DNA from: an uncultured Actinomycetota bacterium
GTDB taxonomy: Bacteria > Actinomycetota > Acidimicrobiia > Spongiisociales > UBA4744
NCBI GenBank assembly: GCA_963723165.1
Contig: CAVRPP010000007.1
Coordinates: forward strand, 133,513 to 197,512
Reading direction: 5' to 3'
DNA length: 64,000 nt
Each line of letters begins with the position of its first letter. Position 1 is the stretch's first letter. Below the pieces are notes generated by a model that worked only from the letters and a program-made list of their open reading frames with translations, was not told where the DNA came from and searched no databases. Positions 18,658 to 27,076 of the stretch are shown piece after piece. Position numbers and translations under genes: made by a program.

Positions 18658-19188
18658 TCAGGCGGTGGTGGTCGCCTTCTTGGCTACCGGCTTTTTGGCT
18701 GCGGTGGTCTTGGCTACCGGCTTTTTGGCTGCGGTGGTCTTGGCTACCGGCTTTTTGGCTGCGGTGGTCTTGGCTACCGGCTTTTTGGCTGCGGTGGTCT
18801 TGGCTACCGGCTTTTTGGCTGCGGTGGTCGCCTTGGCAACGGGCTTCTTGGCTGCGGTGGTCGCCTTGGCGGGTGCTTCCTTCTCGCCTACGGGCCGGAA
18901 GGACGACCGCCAGTTGCTCAACATGTCGTCGAGCTGCTCTCGGAGCTTGCCAACCTGCTCCTGGATCTGGTCGAAGTCCATCTTGGCGCCGATGTCCTCC
19001 ACGAAGTCCTCAACCATCGTGCGGTCGGTGACCTTCGTGACGACTTTCTCGCCTTCCTTGGCCCATACGTCGTAGTCCTTGGTGAGCTTTTCGCTCATCT
19101 CGTTGACGCGTTCCGACAACTTGCGAGCGGTGACGACGGGAACGCCCACTGCTGCGTAGAGCACTTTCTTGGTCGTGTCGACAATCAT
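18658..19188 (-). CDS. HbhA-like / phasin-family coiled-coil protein with C-terminal Lys/Ala/Pro-rich repeats
   Basis: N-terminal phasin/HbhA-like coiled coil. Six AKKPVAKTTA repeats at the C-terminus. ATGA coupling to the upstream XRE gene, as in the mycobacterial Rv0474-hbhA pair. Confidence 0.75.
   Translation of the reverse strand: MIVDTTKKVLYAAVGVPVVTARKLSERVNEMSEKLTKDYDVWAKEGEKVVTKVTDRTMVEDFVEDIGAKMDFDQIQEQVGKLREQLDDMLSNWRSSFRPVGEKEAPAKATTAAKKPVAKATTAAKKPVAKTTAAKKPVAKTTAAKKPVAKTTAAKKPVAKTTAAKKPVAKKATTTA
18661..18873. repeat. 30 bp tandem direct repeat (5 perfect copies plus degenerate copies) encoding the Lys-rich C-terminal repeats
   Basis: tggctaccggctttttggctgcggtggtct is repeated head-to-tail from 18681 to 18830, flanked by diverged copies. 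Confidence 0.9.
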
Positions 19189-19559
19189 TCCTTTTCCTCC
19201 TTTGCTCCCGATTGAACGAATGTTCGGTAGATATCGAGGAGCACTTGCTTTTGTCTTTGGTTCAGTTCCGGGTCCGTTTCGACCGCCTCGACGACCGTCG
19301 GCGGATTGAATCCGTCCTCCAACAGTCCGGCCCTCGAGTAGAGCGACTCGGCCTGGATGGAAAGGCCACGGGCGATCGACTTGAGAATCTCGGCAGAGGG
19401 CTTGCGAAGTCCCCGTTCGATCTGGCTCAGGTAGGGATTCGAGATCCCCGCCTTGTCGGCCAGCTTCCGAAGGGAGATGTTGGCTCGCTCGCGCTGTTGC
19501 CTGATGAAAGCGCCGAGGTCGGCACCTTTCTTCTCTTCAGTCGTGTCTTCTTTGGCCAC
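19185..19559 (-). CDS. XRE-family helix-turn-helix transcriptional regulator
   Basis: LRKLADKAGISNPYLSQIERG is an HTH_XRE motif. Confidence 0.85.
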   Translation of the reverse strand: MAKEDTTEEKKGADLGAFIRQQRERANISLRKLADKAGISNPYLSQIERGLRKPSAEILKSIARGLSIQAESLYSRAGLLEDGFNPPTVVEAVETDPELNQRQKQVLLDIYRTFVQSGAKEEKE

Positions 19560-19653
19560 CCTTAGCAGTATATTGCGGAGTGCTAACTATTGCAAGCAGG
19601 ACCACGGGTACCCATCCCATCAGGGAGGCGAGGAGAAGTTCGGCCCTCGCTGT

Positions 19654-19872
19654 TCAGTCAGGATCGAATGCCCGGGCGAGGTCGTCGAGGAATTCCTCTT
19701 CCCGGCCGGTGTGCCCGTCGAGGATCAGATCGCCGGAAATCGTCCAGGCGTGCAGGCACCAGGGACAGAAGTATTCGCCGTTTTCAAGGCGCACCGCGTC
19801 ACGAGCTGCGCAGTGGGGACAATCATTGGCAATGGGCACGTGAGGTGATTCTGCCCGATCCGGCCCGCGCAT
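19654..19872 (-). CDS. Small zinc-ribbon protein (CPHC...CPWC)
   Basis: 72 aa with two CxxC pairs. Lies 18 bp downstream of the acyltransferase gene on the same strand. Confidence 0.4.
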   Translation of the reverse strand: MRGPDRAESPHVPIANDCPHCAARDAVRLENGEYFCPWCLHAWTISGDLILDGHTGREEEFLDDLARAFDPD

Positions 19873-19889
19873 TGCGAACCGGGCTCGTT

Positions 19890-21074
19890 CTAGAAGATGG
19901 TGGTTCGCTCGCTCAGCATTCTGTCGAGTGCCCGTTGCACCCGGTTGCGGACTTCTTCGGCGAGTTCCAAGACCGTGAGCCGATCAGGGCGATCGGTGGC
20001 GGGCCCGACGTCGATTGGTTGCAGGAAGCGTATCTCCCAACGGACCGGCAATGGGATCGGGTTGAGCCAGACGGCCATCTCATCGACGCGCTGTTGGGGA
20101 AAAACCATCCGCACCAGTTGGGCAAGCCGTTTCGATGTGAATAAGGCCGGGTGTACGTCCTCGGAGCCCATGATGGCGACGGGGACGATCGGCGCACCGG
20201 AGCGCATCGCCAGCTTGACGAACCCGCCTCGGCCAAATCGCTGCAACCGGTAGGCATCAGCTCCTGACTTCTGAAATCCCTGGACGCCCTCGGGGAATAC
20301 GCCCAGGAGGTGACCGTTTTCGAGGACCCACTGCGCATCCTCCTTGGCCGCGTAGGCGGCTCCCGATTTGCGGTAGAGGTGCGAGTAGGTGGGGATCATG
20401 TTGAAGATCTCGGTCCCGATGACACGCACACGGCGGGGGAGGGGGCACTCATTGGTTACTGCCATCTGCAACATCAGAGCGTCGTACGGGATCGCCGCGC
20501 CGCCGTGGTTCGCAGCGAGGACGGCCGCACCATCCATAGGCACATGTTCGGTCCCGCGCGCCTCTACCCGGAAGTAGTCGAAGTACACGAAGTTGCCGAC
20601 GTGCCACATCATCTCGGCAATGACCGGATCCAGTCCGAGGGCGTCTATGTCGTAGCTGGCTATCTGCAAATGCCGGATGAGCTCAGGCCACGTGTCAAAG
20701 CCGAGGGCGCCGGCCGCTGGGATGGCCAGGTCCGAGAAGTTGCTGCCGCCGTGCAATGCGCATCGATTGCTGTCCATCACAGGTGGGAGACCGCAGGTGA
20801 AACCCTCAATCGTGACGAAGTCACAGACTCGATCCCGGTCGACCATCAATCCAAGTCGTTCGCGGGTCGCCCGCCGGCGCTCTCCGCCGCGCACCCGGAC
20901 GGACCGGGCGGTATCCGTCAACGGGGGACGCTGAGGTTCCTCACTAGCTTTGAGTCCTGCGGCGACGGATTGGACCAGCCCGGCCTTGCTCATCGAGGAT
21001 CGGCCTTTGATCGCCAGGGCTCGTGCCAGCGATCTGAGTTCCTTGACGCTGAGCCGGTTGAGGATCTCTTCCAT
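19890..21074 (-). CDS. Lysophospholipid (PlsC-family) acyltransferase with N-terminal Rho_N-like domain and Cys cluster
   Basis: N-terminus LSVKELRSLARALAIKGRSSMSKAGLVQSV is Rho_N/SAP-like. NHGGAAIPYD and FPEG acyltransferase motifs. Confidence 0.8.
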   Translation of the reverse strand: MEEILNRLSVKELRSLARALAIKGRSSMSKAGLVQSVAAGLKASEEPQRPPLTDTARSVRVRGGERRRATRERLGLMVDRDRVCDFVTIEGFTCGLPPVMDSNRCALHGGSNFSDLAIPAAGALGFDTWPELIRHLQIASYDIDALGLDPVIAEMMWHVGNFVYFDYFRVEARGTEHVPMDGAAVLAANHGGAAIPYDALMLQMAVTNECPLPRRVRVIGTEIFNMIPTYSHLYRKSGAAYAAKEDAQWVLENGHLLGVFPEGVQGFQKSGADAYRLQRFGRGGFVKLAMRSGAPIVPVAIMGSEDVHPALFTSKRLAQLVRMVFPQQRVDEMAVWLNPIPLPVRWEIRFLQPIDVGPATDRPDRLTVLELAEEVRNRVQRALDRMLSERTTIF

Positions 21075-21079
21075 GTGCG

Positions 21080-22024
21080 TTACCCGGACGACCCGGCCGG
21101 CAGACGTTCGTAGGTGGCCAGCACCAGGCGGCGGCAGTTCAGACTCGGGTTGAAACCCAGGGTCTCACGCATCGCCCGCGTGTCTACCACTCGCCCGTAC
21201 TTGAGGAGGCCGTCCAGGTGCCGCGGAAGTGAAGCACCAAATGGCCGCAACGCCTTCATGGCGAGTTGCCGCTGACGGGCCGGGAGGCGTTGGTTGATCC
21301 GACTGCCCAGGCGCAAGATTCTGCTCAGGTAGAGCTGCCCCTCGCTGCTGATGTTGAACGTACCAGGGGTCGGATGATCTATGGCATGTTCTATGCCCAG
21401 AACGGCGTCGTCTTCGTGCACGAACTGCAAGCGCGGGTCGCTGCCCAGCAAGGTCGGAACGACCGGCAGCCGCAGGTAGCGGCTGAGCCGATTCCCGATG
21501 GAGGCTCCCACGATCGGATTGAACCGCAAGACCGTGAAGGTGACATCCGGCAGTTCGTCCTCGAGCTGGGATACCGCCGCTTCGACATCTCGCAGGCTGC
21601 GTTCATATCGCGTCGGTCGGGCCGGTGTCGCCGTGGATTCGCGGATAACCGACGGATTGCGCGGTCCCGATCCGTACACGGCTGCGTCGGATTTCACGAT
21701 CACGTTCTTGACTTCGGTTAAGCGTCCGATGGCCCCGAACAAAGCCTGGGCGCCCAGGACGACGCTCGATCTTGAGTGATCGGACCCCAGGAGAGCGGAC
21801 CGGTCGAGCGTCTGCAGGTGCACCACAGTGGATGGTCGGACGGAGATCACGTGATCCGCGAACTCGAGGACGTCCAGAGTCGACAAGTGAAAGTTCGACG
21901 AGAATTCAACCGTCGGTTCGACCTCATCCACGGCGAAGACTTCTGTATTGGCGCGGGTTTCGAGGCTGCGGACCAAGCAGCCGCCCACCCACGACGATGC
22001 CCCGGTTACGAGGATCCTGTCCAT
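21080..22024 (-). CDS. NAD-dependent epimerase/dehydratase (SDR) family protein
   Basis: N-terminal Rossmann motif VTGASSWVGG. 5 bp upstream of the acyltransferase gene, probably one operon. Confidence 0.8.
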   Translation of the reverse strand: MDRILVTGASSWVGGCLVRSLETRANTEVFAVDEVEPTVEFSSNFHLSTLDVLEFADHVISVRPSTVVHLQTLDRSALLGSDHSRSSVVLGAQALFGAIGRLTEVKNVIVKSDAAVYGSGPRNPSVIRESTATPARPTRYERSLRDVEAAVSQLEDELPDVTFTVLRFNPIVGASIGNRLSRYLRLPVVPTLLGSDPRLQFVHEDDAVLGIEHAIDHPTPGTFNISSEGQLYLSRILRLGSRINQRLPARQRQLAMKALRPFGASLPRHLDGLLKYGRVVDTRAMRETLGFNPSLNCRRLVLATYERLPAGSSG

Positions 22025-22093
22025 GGTCGAAGTGTAGGCCCGGCAGACCCAACCGCTTCCTGCCGGGCCGGTACGTGGGTACCATTCCCAGTC

Positions 22094-22342
22094 ATGGAAG
22101 GACTCTTGCTCGAATTCGGCGAAGACCGAGCTCGCGAGTCGATTGTCGAGCTGGCCGAGGAACTCGTAGAGGATCCCCGTTGCCGGCTCGTGTTGATGGG
22201 CGCGGATCAGAATGGTGTCGTCCTGGTTACCATCTGGGATGCGGAAGTTATCGGCGAGGTAGAGGCCGGGTTGGCCGCCGACGGAACCCGGCTACGGCGT
22301 CTGACTCTGGTCAACCCGACTAGCCCGGGACTGCCGTCCTGA
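22094..22342 (+). CDS. Hypothetical small acidic protein (possibly DUF3107-like)
   Basis: This is the portion of ORF 21776..22342 that lies outside the antisense overlap with the epimerase gene. Weak resemblance to actinobacterial DUF3107. Confidence 0.3.
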   Translation: MEGLLLEFGEDRARESIVELAEELVEDPRCRLVLMGADQNGVVLVTIWDAEVIGEVEAGLAADGTRLRRLTLVNPTSPGLPS

Positions 22343-22388
22343 ACCCGAGAAGACCGACGAAAACAGTGAGCTGCCGCGAGATGGCGAG

Positions 22389-23411
22389 ATGAGTTCGATG
22401 ATCATTGTGATGAAACCTGAAGCGACTCAGGACGACGTGGACCAGGTCCTCGCCCGCCTCGACACGATCGGGTCCGAAGCGCACGTATCAGTCGGACAAA
22501 CCCATACCGTCATCGGGGTCATCGGTGATCGCGATCGGATTCAGCAGTTGCCGTGGGAGGCTTTCTCGGGGGTGGAGCGAGCGGTACCGGTGCTCAAGCC
22601 GTTCAAGTTCGTCAGCCGGGACTTCCGGGAAGCCGACACCATCGTCGAAGTCCGGGGGGCTCGGGTGGGGGGTGGGTACTTTGCCGTGGTCGCCGGCCCC
22701 TGTGCCGTTGAGAGTCGCGAACAGCTCTTCCGGACCGCAGAAGCCGTCAAGCAAGCAGGCGCCCACATCTTGCGCGGCGACGCTTTCAAACCTCGCACGT
22801 CGCCCTATGCCTTCCAGGGTCTCGGTGAGAAGGGCCTCGAGCTGATGGCCGAGGCCAGGGACGAATTCGATATGCCCTTCGTAGCCGAGGTGCTCGACCC
22901 TCGCGATGTCGAGCTGGTGTCTTCGTATGCCGACATTCTCCGGGTCGGCACTCGCAATATGGCCAACTTCACTCTGTTGACCGAGGTGGGCCGTCAGGGT
23001 CGCCCCGTCCAGTTGAAGCGGGGCTTCACCGCCACGGTGGAGGAGTGGCTGAACGCCGCCGAGTACATCTACAAAGAGGGAAACCACCAGATCATCATGG
23101 TCGAGCGGGGAATCAGGACTTTTGAAACCTCGACCCGCAACACTCTCGATATCAGCGCCGTCCCGGTTCTGAAGGGTCTGTCCCATCTGCCGGTGATGGT
23201 CGACCCTTCACATTCCGGAGGTCATCGTCCGCTCGTGGCACCGCTCTCCCGGGCGGCGATCGCCGTTGGTGCGGACGGGTTCATGGTCGATGTCCATCAC
23301 GCTCCCGATACTGCGCTGGTCGACGGCGCCCAGGCATTGCTCCCCGCCGAATTCGCGGCGCTGATGGATCAAATCAGGAGCTTGGCGGCTGCCCTCAATC
23401 TTCAGATCTGA
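22389..23411 (+). CDS. 3-deoxy-7-phosphoheptulonate (DAHP) synthase, type I-beta with N-terminal regulatory domain
   Basis: The ferredoxin-like N-terminal domain is followed by a KDSA-like barrel (GPCAVES, RGDAFKPRTSPY, VDPSHSGG). Confidence 0.85.
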   Translation: MSSMIIVMKPEATQDDVDQVLARLDTIGSEAHVSVGQTHTVIGVIGDRDRIQQLPWEAFSGVERAVPVLKPFKFVSRDFREADTIVEVRGARVGGGYFAVVAGPCAVESREQLFRTAEAVKQAGAHILRGDAFKPRTSPYAFQGLGEKGLELMAEARDEFDMPFVAEVLDPRDVELVSSYADILRVGTRNMANFTLLTEVGRQGRPVQLKRGFTATVEEWLNAAEYIYKEGNHQIIMVERGIRTFETSTRNTLDISAVPVLKGLSHLPVMVDPSHSGGHRPLVAPLSRAAIAVGADGFMVDVHHAPDTALVDGAQALLPAEFAALMDQIRSLAAALNLQI

Positions 23412-23415
23412 CGTC

Positions 23416-24438
23416 GTGCCAAACGCCGCCATCATCGGAACCGGGTTGATCGGAACCTCTGTAGGGCTGGCGCTGCGGGCTTCCGGATGGTTCGTGACCG
23501 GTTGGGATCCCGATCGGGATGCCTTGCAGGCTGCGCTGGACTTCGCCGGTATCGATGAGCGGGCGGATGACTCCGATCAGGCTATTGACGGGGCAGAGCT
23601 CGTTGTGCTGGCCGGCCCGCCCGCGACGGTGGTAGCCGGACTCCCCGGATTAGTCACGCAGACACTGGTCACCGACGTGGCCGGGATCAAGGTGCCGGTG
23701 GTCGCGGCCGCGGGGCATCTAGCCCACTTCGTCGGGGGCCACCCGATGGCCGGTCGGGAGCACGCCGGTCCCCGGGCGGCATCTGCGGCGCTCTTTCGGG
23801 GGGCGACCTGGATCCTCTGCTCCGACGGCGCCTCTCCGGGCGACCTTGCCCGGATGCAAGAGGTAGTCACCAGCGTCGGAGCCGTGCCGGTCGTCATGAC
23901 GGCTGCCGAACACGATGCGGCGGTTGCCACCATCAGCCACTTGCCGCAAGTTCTTGCGTCGGTCCTGGTCCGGTTGGCCGCCGAAGACCCGCACGCTTTG
24001 GACCTGGCCGCGGGAAGCTTCCGGGATCTGACCAGGGTTGCCCTCAGTGAGCCTGCCTGGTGGGCGGACCTGCTGATGATCAACCAAAACGAAGTGCGGA
24101 ATGTTCTGGGATCACTCGTCGAGGCTCTGGGCGATTGGTCCTCCGCCCTCGAGGGTGGTGCCGTTGAGCAGCTGGCGACCGAGCTCCAATCGGCGCGTCA
24201 TGTGCGTCGGGCCATGGCCCCCCCGGTTGTAGCCGTCGGCGTGATCATGCAAGATCGGCCGGGTGAACTCGGGGCGGTTGGCCGGGCCCTAGCCGCAGGC
24301 GGTGTAGACGTGAGAGACCTGCAACTTCGTCATGGCCCGCATGGTGGAGGAGGTGTGCTGACCCTGTCGGTGCGCCCCGGGGAAGCTGAGACACTTCGCG
24401 ACGCGCTGATCGCAGAAGGTTTCGACCTGGAGGAGTAG
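23416..24438 (+). CDS. tyrA: Prephenate dehydrogenase with C-terminal ACT domain
   Basis: GTG start 5 bp after the DAHP synthase gene. IIGTGLIGTS Rossmann motif, HPMAG motif and ACT domain. Confidence 0.85.
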   Translation: MPNAAIIGTGLIGTSVGLALRASGWFVTGWDPDRDALQAALDFAGIDERADDSDQAIDGAELVVLAGPPATVVAGLPGLVTQTLVTDVAGIKVPVVAAAGHLAHFVGGHPMAGREHAGPRAASAALFRGATWILCSDGASPGDLARMQEVVTSVGAVPVVMTAAEHDAAVATISHLPQVLASVLVRLAAEDPHALDLAAGSFRDLTRVALSEPAWWADLLMINQNEVRNVLGSLVEALGDWSSALEGGAVEQLATELQSARHVRRAMAPPVVAVGVIMQDRPGELGAVGRALAAGGVDVRDLQLRHGPHGGGGVLTLSVRPGEAETLRDALIAEGFDLEE

Positions 24439-24512
24439 GACTGCTCTGTTCCTCGATCGGTGCTCCTACATTCGACACGAGGGACAACGAGCGAAGAACG
24501 AAAAGCGAACGA

Positions 24513-24540
24513 TGTCCGGGGCGCATCGCAATGCGCCCCG
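24513..24540 (-). terminator. Hairpin terminator downstream of the cytochrome gene
   Basis: CCGGGGCGCAT-CGCA-ATGCGCCCCGG is followed on the minus strand by a T-rich tract. Confidence 0.45.
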
Positions 24541-24548
24541 GACGAGTC

Positions 24549-25649
24549 TCACGGCCCCGGCAAGACGTCGACGATGACGTCCTGATTGGCGGCCAGTTCC
24601 TCAGGGAGCACTTTGTCTGCCGTCAGGAACAGCGACTCGTTGCCGTGGCACGAGTCACATGAGGCGTTCTGCAGTGTGTTCCGCTGGATGTTGTGGGGTG
24701 TGGCCGGAGCAAATGTCGGCCGGGCATCGAACTCGGGGAGCAGGTTCGTCCCGTAGAACGAGAAGCTGTCCGGGTCGATGGGCACATGACGTACCACTGT
24801 GTAGCTCCAGGGTCGCTGCTCTGTGGGCTCGGCGTTCTTGCCGATGTAGAACGCCATTTCCGACGGTTCGATCTTGAAGTACGGCGTACCTGCATCCGAC
24901 GTCTGCACGTGGCAGCTGTAGCAGTTCTTGTAGTCGACCGAATGGCATACCTGACACGACAGGTTTGCCGAATGGATCGAGTGCTGCTGGTTGCCATCTG
25001 CCCCGCCTTCGACATCCGGGTGACAGTCGACGCATTCGACGGCCGCATCGTCGTAGCGATGCTCCTGTTCGGGAACGTCCCCATGCATCTCCGCAGCACC
25101 GTGACAGTCGAAACACGCCATGCCGCCGGGGTTGAAGTGGACGTCGGCGGGATACATACCGCCGTCTGCCGTCGCGTTCTTACCCTTGTACTCGTCGTTG
25201 ATCCGGCTCCCGTGGCAGCCCGTGCAGGTCAGGTTCATCGGTGGCGGATTCTTGAACGAGTGACCGTCAAGGAGTCCGCCCCCGGCGCTGGTCGGCCGGC
25301 TCACATGGCACTGGCCGCACGACGTGTGGCAACCGGCGCAATGATTCTCGAAGGCCAGCTCCAATCCGGGTGAGAGCTCCTCGCTGCCGGTCCTTTCGGC
25401 CAAAACGGTCAGGTAACCGTCGAGGGTCGAGTGCAGGCTCATCGCTTCGGTGGTGCTGATGTCGTTGTGGCAGCTGGCGCACGTCTCGATGGAGTTCGGG
25501 TCTCGGACCATGCCGGTGTGGGCGGCCTCTATCCCGTTCGCCTGGCCATCACCACCGTGGCAGGCGATACAGCCGAGAGCTCCGTGAGTTGTCTCAAAGA
25601 AAGCGTCGTCACTGACGAAAACCTGTTCCCATGCCTCTAACTGAGGCAC
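24549..25649 (-). CDS. Decaheme c-type cytochrome (no signal peptide of its own)
   Basis: Ten CxxCH motifs in 366 aa. GTG start preceded by GGAGG. In frame with the upstream lipoprotein heme gene across one TGA. Confidence 0.8.
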   Translation of the reverse strand: MPQLEAWEQVFVSDDAFFETTHGALGCIACHGGDGQANGIEAAHTGMVRDPNSIETCASCHNDISTTEAMSLHSTLDGYLTVLAERTGSEELSPGLELAFENHCAGCHTSCGQCHVSRPTSAGGGLLDGHSFKNPPPMNLTCTGCHGSRINDEYKGKNATADGGMYPADVHFNPGGMACFDCHGAAEMHGDVPEQEHRYDDAAVECVDCHPDVEGGADGNQQHSIHSANLSCQVCHSVDYKNCYSCHVQTSDAGTPYFKIEPSEMAFYIGKNAEPTEQRPWSYTVVRHVPIDPDSFSFYGTNLLPEFDARPTFAPATPHNIQRNTLQNASCDSCHGNESLFLTADKVLPEELAANQDVIVDVLPGP

Positions 25650-25658
25650 TGAACCTCC

Positions 25659-25964
25659 TCAGCCTTCACCTTCGCTGAGGGTCTCGGTGGCCACGGGTTC
25701 CACGGCCATGGCTTGCAGGGTGGCTTTGTCGGTGTGGCAGACGACACAACTGGCGTCGGCCGCCGCGGATGGGTCGGTAGTGGTCGTTGTCTGGACAGCA
25801 GTGGTAGTAGTTGTTTCCGGCGCCGTAGTCTCACTCGAAGTTGTCGTGTCATCGGCACCGCTGGTGCAACCGGCGGCCAGGAGGCCGACGAGCATCACGC
25901 CAAACACGGATAGGGTTGCTTTTCTCATCTCACCTCCTTTGGAGGAGGAGGGGCGCCGGAACAC
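25659..25964 (-). CDS. Lipoprotein with Thr-rich linker and one c-type heme motif (CVVCH)
   Basis: Start at MRKATLSVFGVMLVGLLAAGC (lipobox) with RBS AAGGAGGTG. Thr/Ser linker. One CxxCH. Confidence 0.7.
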   Translation of the reverse strand: MFRRPSSSKGGEMRKATLSVFGVMLVGLLAAGCTSGADDTTTSSETTAPETTTTTAVQTTTTTDPSAAADASCVVCHTDKATLQAMAVEPVATETLSEGEG

Positions 25965-25985
25965 CGACGCCCCTCTACCGGAGGG

Positions 25986-27065
25986 TTATCCGGTGACCGT
26001 CGGGTAGTCGGGGGCGGAGCTGAACGGCGTTTGGGCCAAGATGTCGACGTCGTCGGTCCAGCCCATCATTCCGAACTTCATGTTGATGACGTCGTAGCCG
26101 AGCAGTTTAAGGGCAGTAGCCGCTACCTGGCCGGTGTGGCCGGTGTAGCAGTACACCATGATTGGCTGATCGGTCGGCAGCGAAGGCAGGTTGGCCGTGT
26201 CGGCGATCTCTTTCCAGTAGATATTGATGGCCCCTTCGACATGCCCCAGGTCATACGACTCGGCGGCTCGCACGCTCACGACGAAGTAGTCGTTGGAATC
26301 GTCACCATCCGCCATGTTGTCGAACAGTGCCGACGCTCCCGCAACGGGCGTCCAGTCGGCCAGCATGGCCCGGGCGGAGGCGAGAGCAATGGCCGAAGCC
26401 TCGGTCTCACCGGTAGCCAGGACCGGAAGGTCGTAGGTTTCGGTGGCAACGGTTGGCTCGGTGACGGTCGGATAGCCGGGGGAAGTTGTGAAGGGGGTGG
26501 TTGCCACGACGTCGAGGTCGTTGGTCCAGCCCATCATCCCGTACTTCATGTTCTGGACGTCATAACCCAGCAACTTCAGCAACGTTGCGGCTACCTGGCC
26601 GGTGTGACCGGTGTAGCAGTAGACCACGATCGGTTGATCGGTGGGCAACTGGGCCAGGCTGTCCTCGTCGACGATGGTTTTCCAGGGGATGTTGATGGCC
26701 CCTTCGATATGACCGAGCGCGTAGGCGTCGGGGGCCCGCACGCTGACGACGAACGGATCGTTGGAGTCGTCACCGTCGGTCAGGTTCTCGTAGAGGGCGT
26801 CGGCGCTGATGACCGGCTTCCACTCAGTCAGCACAGCATTGACATGCTCGGCGAGCACCAGCTCCTCGGCGACCATGGCCTCCGTGGTGGTCGGCGCTTC
26901 GGTGGTCGTCGTGGCTTCGGTGGTCGTCGTTGTGGCCTCGGTTGTGGCCGGCGCCGCAGTAGTGGTGGTCTCTTCAGCCGCGTCGTCGGCACATCCCGCC
27001 AGCACGATCATGCTGAATACCGTGAACACCGCCAGCAGCTTGAAGACTTTGGTTCTCCGTGACAT
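25986..27065 (-). CDS. Tandem-rhodanese lipoprotein (two rhodanese domains, each with a CYTGH active-site loop)
   Basis: Lipobox VLAGC with RBS AAGGAG. Thr-rich linker. Two duplicated domains of about 150 aa with VYCYTGHTGQ. Confidence 0.85.
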   Translation of the reverse strand: MSRRTKVFKLLAVFTVFSMIVLAGCADDAAEETTTTAAPATTEATTTTTEATTTTEAPTTTEAMVAEELVLAEHVNAVLTEWKPVISADALYENLTDGDDSNDPFVVSVRAPDAYALGHIEGAINIPWKTIVDEDSLAQLPTDQPIVVYCYTGHTGQVAATLLKLLGYDVQNMKYGMMGWTNDLDVVATTPFTTSPGYPTVTEPTVATETYDLPVLATGETEASAIALASARAMLADWTPVAGASALFDNMADGDDSNDYFVVSVRAAESYDLGHVEGAINIYWKEIADTANLPSLPTDQPIMVYCYTGHTGQVAATALKLLGYDVINMKFGMMGWTDDVDILAQTPFSSAPDYPTVTG

Positions 27066-27076
27066 CAGGTTGCTCC

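Noticed and set aside
18681-18830. Possible CRISPR array (regular 30 bp repeats)
   Set aside because: The units are perfectly head-to-tail with no spacers, and they are in frame inside a coding region, translating to AKKPVAKTTA repeats.
26031-27062. Plus-strand 343 aa ORF
   Set aside because: Antisense to the tandem-rhodanese lipoprotein gene.
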